From the NCBI GenBank assembly GCA_003344405.1, contig NOWV01000155.1:124001-183015 (forward strand): a DNA stretch of 59,015 nt, in the 5' to 3' direction. A model generated the notes under the pieces. That model was not told the origin of the DNA. It made no database searches and worked only from the letters and a program-made list of their open reading frames with translations. The DNA comes from Trichoplax sp. H2 (lineage: Eukaryota). The translations under genes and the position numbers were made by a program. How positions within the stretch are numbered: position 1 is the stretch's first letter; each line of letters starts with the position of its first letter. Of this stretch, positions 53,106 to 59,015 are shown in pieces.

Positions 53106-54161
53106 TTATTTCTGTTTGACATGTATTCGATAATGGACGGTTTTTCGACCTAATAGAGTTCGTAGACTGTTGATGATAGTCTTTCGCAGTTCTTTGCTCA
53201 TGACAACACAGACAATTGCATTTTCAATGCATGACAAAGCTGACATTAGGAAACCAAGAGTTATAAGTAGAGAATAGACAGGTCCTTTTCGTCGTAATTC
53301 TATCATGGATACTTTTGCGTCTGAAAGTATCAACATAATAACAACATATGGGAAAGAGGTCAAAACATAGAAGACGGTCGTAGTCGCAATCATTTTGATA
53401 GTATTAATCGCTTTTCTTTTATTGACATAAATTACTGGTGGAATGGTTCGCCCATAAGGAAGGCTAGCCATGACAGCTATTTTTAATCTTATCACGATGA
53501 AAATATATAATATAGCAGTAATAAGGACTGGAATGAAATAATTGATGATCAAGAAGAAAGTAAAAAAAGGAATATTGTAATAGTCACCAACATAAATAAT
53601 ATCGCAGGCTCGATTGGGTTCATAGACCATTGCCATAATTTGTAGTACAGGAATACTTGTAATAATACCATGGAGCCAGATGCAGAAAATGGTCAATCGG
53701 ACACTACGTTTACTACTGAATAATAATCTCCGCCTTTTACGCAAAACTGTAATATAAAATCGATCGACGGCCATAATTGTAAATGATATCATCGATACAG
53801 CCATGCTAACAGTTAGGACATAATTAAAAAATTTACAACTAATTTCATATAACAATTTATTCTGCAACTGGATTTCATTTATGATAAAACTGTTAATTGT
53901 AATAGCAACTGGCGCTAATATGTCAGAAATACACATATTGAAAATAAAGCTGTAAATTGACAATCGCAATAAGCCTCTTTTTCGAATTGCATAACAAACC
54001 AGACCATTCACTATGGTCGTTAAAATACTAAATGGTAGCATATAGGCGAGATTATTCCTGCTTTTCGTAACGTTGTTAATAATGGAATAGTTACTGCTAT
54101 TGATTAAATTGTCTGTCCTTGCACTTTGAAATGCTTCCTTTACCCATCCTAAAGTAGCCAT
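53106..54161 (-). CDS. Intronless rhodopsin-class orphan GPCR, 351 aa, paralog of 43813-44967
   Basis: Shared blocks LSIYS.I.NMCISD, YEI.CK, DR(Y/F), NYFIP, IKMIA..LTSFPYV, LIT.GF..CIEN; TM7 reads NAIVC. Confidence 0.92.
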   Translation of the reverse strand: MATLGWVKEAFQSARTDNLINSSNYSIINNVTKSRNNLAYMLPFSILTTIVNGLVCYAIRKRGLLRLSIYSFIFNMCISDILAPVAITINSFIINEIQLQNKLLYEISCKFFNYVLTVSMAVSMISFTIMAVDRFYITVLRKRRRLLFSSKRSVRLTIFCIWLHGIITSIPVLQIMAMVYEPNRACDIIYVGDYYNIPFFTFFLIINYFIPVLITAILYIFIVIRLKIAVMASLPYGRTIPPVIYVNKRKAINTIKMIATTTVFYVLTSFPYVVIMLILSDAKVSMIELRRKGPVYSLLITLGFLMSALSCIENAIVCVVMSKELRKTIINSLRTLLGRKTVHYRIHVKQK

Positions 54162-57100
54162 TTCTTACTTGAACATCGACAGCTTTTAATAAACTAGAAT
54201 ATCAATATTAATTTACGTTAGAGACTGGTTTAAATTGATATTCTATTTCACAACTATTTCGTTGATAAATACTGTTATGAAGCAAATTTTGTGACGTATA
54301 AATAAAATTAATTATGCAAAAATAGGACAATTCTAGCTTTGTTCCGATCTTTACAGTAGATTTGTACTATTAAAAAAATTGACTTCAAAATGCGAATATT
54401 GATTTAAATATTAATCTAAATAGCGACAGGCTATTATATCTGTTAACGTCTTACTAACATTATTTATTCATTTAATAAATACTTTTATTTTATGAAACGA
54501 CAATTAGTAATAAGAAAAACTAACAAATTGAAATGAATACAAAATGAAACTATCAAAAAATAAATCTACTTTTAAATTTTGGAATACGTTACTCGCTATA
54601 AAAGTTCACCGTAAAGCTTGGAAGATAACCTACTTTTTCAGTGGATTTTCTTAACTTAACAATTTGCAATAGTTACTTTTTTCCCCAGAAAGTAAAGGAA
54701 ATAACTTGAATTAATTAATATTATATGCAGTATCTGTTAAAAGTATTATAACTTCTAACTAAAGATTCTATTGACATCATACAATTATTTACATCGTGAT
54801 CGTACGTTAGTTTGATTTATTAATTAGTACCACATAATAAACTTTAATGTAGCTAATATTAAATAATTTATCAGCTTATAGTCGTTTACCGGTTACCATA
54901 AGATGAACACTTTACAAAGAATAAATGAATACCTTATTACAAAAAGGCTTAAACTGATGTCATTGGCCGCTATTTTTTTTTTCACTTCAAGAACACTTAA
55001 AAACACGATATGGTGGTGAACTTTTGCCTTAATATGTCGGGACAAATTAAAATGAAACAATTTTACCGCTTGCAATGTATCGATTGTACTGTATTCCATA
55101 TAGTAATAAAACTTTAAAATTCACTTCTTTAACATGACTATAACTAGAAAATTTAAGAAAAAGAGTTTTTGAATTATTAATTATGGCATTATGATCGCCT
55201 TAATAGTCAAAATACTGTATAGCTTATTAATCGAAATGGAATATGAGGATGCAAATAAAATATTCGTTTGGCACAGTAGATTACAGTAACTAAGAAATTT
55301 AAATTTTCGATACTTTACCTAAATATATCCAATACACAGAGAGAAAATAGATTTTATTTAGGAATTATAAAGACTATTGGTATATTTCATAAAATCACCT
55401 TTATTATGCTAAATGTATATCATTGTAGCTAAGTCCATAGTAGTAGAAATTTCTCGGAACTCTAATGATTGTATTACTGCTAGATTACTCTATTGCTCTT
55501 AATAAATTTATTTCATTATCGGTAAGTTTATAATGTTGGGTTTCTATAAGAATTATGATGATTATGCTATTGTAAGATTAATTTATTGCACTTAATGATT
55601 TTACTACATTATAGCAAGCATACAATAGTAGATTTATTTAAGAGTTATGATGACTATGCTATTATAAGATTGCCTTTATAACACTTTCATTATTTCGTAA
55701 TGAGGAGGCATCTAACGGTGAAATTTTTAGAAACTGCAATGATTACACTGTTATCAGATTATCCTCCAACTTCGTTTATTTCATTATAAAACACAAATAC
55801 CGAACAGTATAACTGATCGGTATATATCATCAGTTAAAATGTAAAAATTACTTTTAATTTACATTGCAAATAATTTCGTTACATTAAAAACTCATGATTA
55901 AGATCCAAGTACTCCTGCTTTCGTATAAAGATCCTTCTCATCGATACCATAACTTCATAAACGCACATTTATCTAAGATGGCATGTAGGCATAAAGCAGT
56001 ATAGTTTTAGTATAAAATATGAAAAGTTTAATAGTAAAATTCCATGACATCAACTGGCATAAATGTTGGGAGTACTAACCTTTAGACAGTTACATTGGCA
56101 AGAGATTAGGCATGTATGCTTTTATTATTGTAGCAGTGTTGTATTATTTTAAAATATAATTTATTTATTAAAGTATTCAGCTAATGGAATCGTATAAATT
56201 ATCCATAAATAGTTTCAGTAACTTGACAAAACAGTGAGTGAACCATATTACTTTTCTGAACAATTTAGCATTTTTACTTCAGCCATTATTCTATTCTGAT
56301 ATGAAGGGATTGCATGTAGCATCCTTGTTACGAATCTTCCATTCTCGAGTTATCTGATTCTAGCTACTCCTCTAGTCCGATCGATCTTACAGTAATTTCC
56401 TATTAGATTTCTTTAATTGCTATTAGTAACTCTACCGCTACTGTAATTCCGATAACTTAATGCCTTTTCTAGGGTATAACAATTAGAATTTTATTACTGA
56501 AACAACTTAACAATATTCCAGCCTAAAATTTTGTTCAACTTACTTTTATATTTAGTTTAAAACTTACGTAAAACAAAATCGGGTAAACTCGTCGCCCAAT
56601 CAATAGATGAAAACTCATATCAAATGCCGCAAATAGTACATCTGTTGAATTTAGACTATTTATCTAAATTACTTAACGTATATCATGATCCTCAGCAGTC
56701 AAGTGATAAATTTTACTTTTATTTTTAGTATATCATGTTGGCAATACCTGTTTCTTTATAAATTTATAAGTAAAAAATTTGCATGTGCTACTGTAAAGAA
56801 TCACTGACCTATTGCCTATATTCAAATTTGCATAATATACCAAATAAGCAGTTGGAAATAAGTGACTATAAAAAGCCGAGCGCTAGCTTAGCTGCTCAGT
56901 TCCAATTAGTCATTTGCAGGATCTTTTGACTATTATTGCTAAGAATATTCTTACGTTTTTCTTTAGTACATTTTACGACTAAGTCTGGCGAAAATAAAGT
57001 GAAGTATTTAAACCTATTACTCATTAGTAGCTTTTTTGTGTAGCTGAGAGTTAGTTCAACTACGATAGGTCCCTAAGTTAGTTGGGTACACGAGTGCTAG

Positions 57101-59015
57101 TGAAAATAGCGTTTAAGACCCGGCTTCTTGTTACAAAGGAGATTTGTAACAATAATTTATAAAAAGTAATATTCTATAAGTAATACTGCGTAGTAATAAA
57201 TAGAATGCAGACTAAAAATTTTGCTTAGCATCAGTGAAAATGTCCGTTGTTTAATCAAGTATAAGAGAAGTTACTCAATTGAGCTATTAGAGTATTAGTT
57301 AAAGTACGAACGTAACAACCTAACTTTCTGGAGAAAAGATCTAATACTAAATTTTTCATGATATTTGCAGTTCTTGCTGTTTTCTTTGTTGCGAGACTAC
57401 AGCAACAATCTTAGAAACATTTGAATGGTTAATCATGTTGGCACAAAATTCACGCTTTATACTCTCCTGTCACTATGTTAAAGATTATCGTCAAGAATAA
57501 ATACGTTATATAAGTTATTATACGGTTTTATAGCTTATCAGTAGGGATATAGATTGTAAAACTAATTCGTAATCCAGTAAAGGAAAGTAAATTAGTTAGA
57601 TACCTAATTTATAAGAGAGCTCATAGCTCAGATCATATTCTATACGTACCGCAACAAAATATGGCCTAAATTTATATAATTTAAGTCTAAAAATATATTT
57701 GTAATCCAAATTTTATTCAATTGACAATTTAGCTTGCTTTAAATTAAGTCAATTATAAGTTTAGCCAAATACCTCGCGTACTGTAATCTCTGATCGCGTT
57801 AGGAAATGCGTAAGAATATAAGTATACGAAACAGATGAAACATATTGTTACCAGTAACCTTCAAATTGTATTAATAAGAGCAAAGAAATCCTCTAGATTA
57901 ATTCGTAATGCGCAAGTATGAATGCGAGCCTGTCCGTTTATCAGATCTCAGACATATACAGTAAATAATTATCTATATCATGTACTGATATACAAAAGTA
58001 CTAATTTTGTATAGTAGTGGACATTTCGTGAATTAATATTCTAATCGATTTGTACTGTATACTCATACTTTGGGGTATTTATGTAGAGGTATTCTTGAAG
58101 TATGTTAACTGAAGTGTTGCCTTAAATTGTTAGTAACTGACAACTTAAATCGATTATATTGTTAATACCGAAAATTATACATATAAGAAAACATTTTAGT
58201 AAATTACGTAAGAGTCGATATAGTTAGCGTAATGGATTAGTACGCTTTAATTTCGTTTAATTCTAGAATTTTTACATGCATTAATAGGTTAGTATTGATA
58301 TCTATCATAGTTAAATTATTATTCTAGTACAGCAACAGCCTTTTAAATTGATAGTAACTGTAGAAATGAACGATTGATTATAATATAAACTAATTTCTCT
58401 TATGTTACAAAATAACAAACTAGACTATTACCTTATTTATCTAGCAGATTGTATATAGTTCATCATGTTACAGCCTTGATTCTGCTAGCTAAGAACTCAA
58501 GAATCATATTGTATAACCATATAGAACTATTTTTGTGTAGTTTATCTTTTTTATCGAAATTTATACCGAAATATGGTACAGTACTTCAATAAGTAACTTA
58601 AACGTGTGCGATATGGAGAAACATATGATCATGTGCCATACTTCCGTTTCAATCTAATTACTGAATATTAGCTTGTTTAATTATTTCAGGAATTCATAAG
58701 ATACTACGACTGTTAAGTGAAGTCGTTCAGAATTTTCATAGTTTCAGTCGGAATACGCATCTAAGAGCTAAACTTAACACGGGCGGGCATTGCAAGAATA
58801 GAGCTGTCACGGTACGAACTACCGTGAAGAAATAGCTATCTAAATTTGGTTAATATAATATAGTGATAATATATTACATCTAGTTGCTTACAATAGGAAT
58901 TACTCTAATTATAAATGTGTTACAGTAAATTTAATGCTGTGCTGTAATGTGTACTGAAATGATTCTGTGAATGGACATATTGTAGTCCGACTGTGAAAAA
59001 CTAGTTAGTAGATGT

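Overview
AT-rich, intron-dense eukaryotic DNA from an early-branching animal. A placozoan (Trichoplax-like) origin is my inference from composition, short introns and intronless orphan GPCRs. Hand-spliced gene models: mitochondrial phenylalanyl-tRNA synthetase FARS2 (-, 19 coding exons, with a GC-AG intron beside an 18-nt micro-exon); a classical Ras GTPase (-, 9 coding exons, polybasic tail ending CQIL) whose large introns hold several unrelated tandem arrays; a decayed ALDH3 duplicate seen in two versions either side of a 20-N gap; an intact membrane-anchored ALDH3A2-like gene; RPS11 and CWF19L1 head-to-head, CWF19L1 containing an AT-AC minor-spliceosome intron; and two intronless paralogous rhodopsin-class GPCRs. 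Main oddities: Ras introns near but never at vertebrate positions, a G12/C15 homopolymer hairpin upstream of Ras, a Helitron-like element merged with a minisatellite, an unannotated spliced unit upstream of FARS2, and a window-wide excess of TACAGTA/TACTGTA (the Tc1/mariner excision footprint). I found no clear-cut new multi-gene system.
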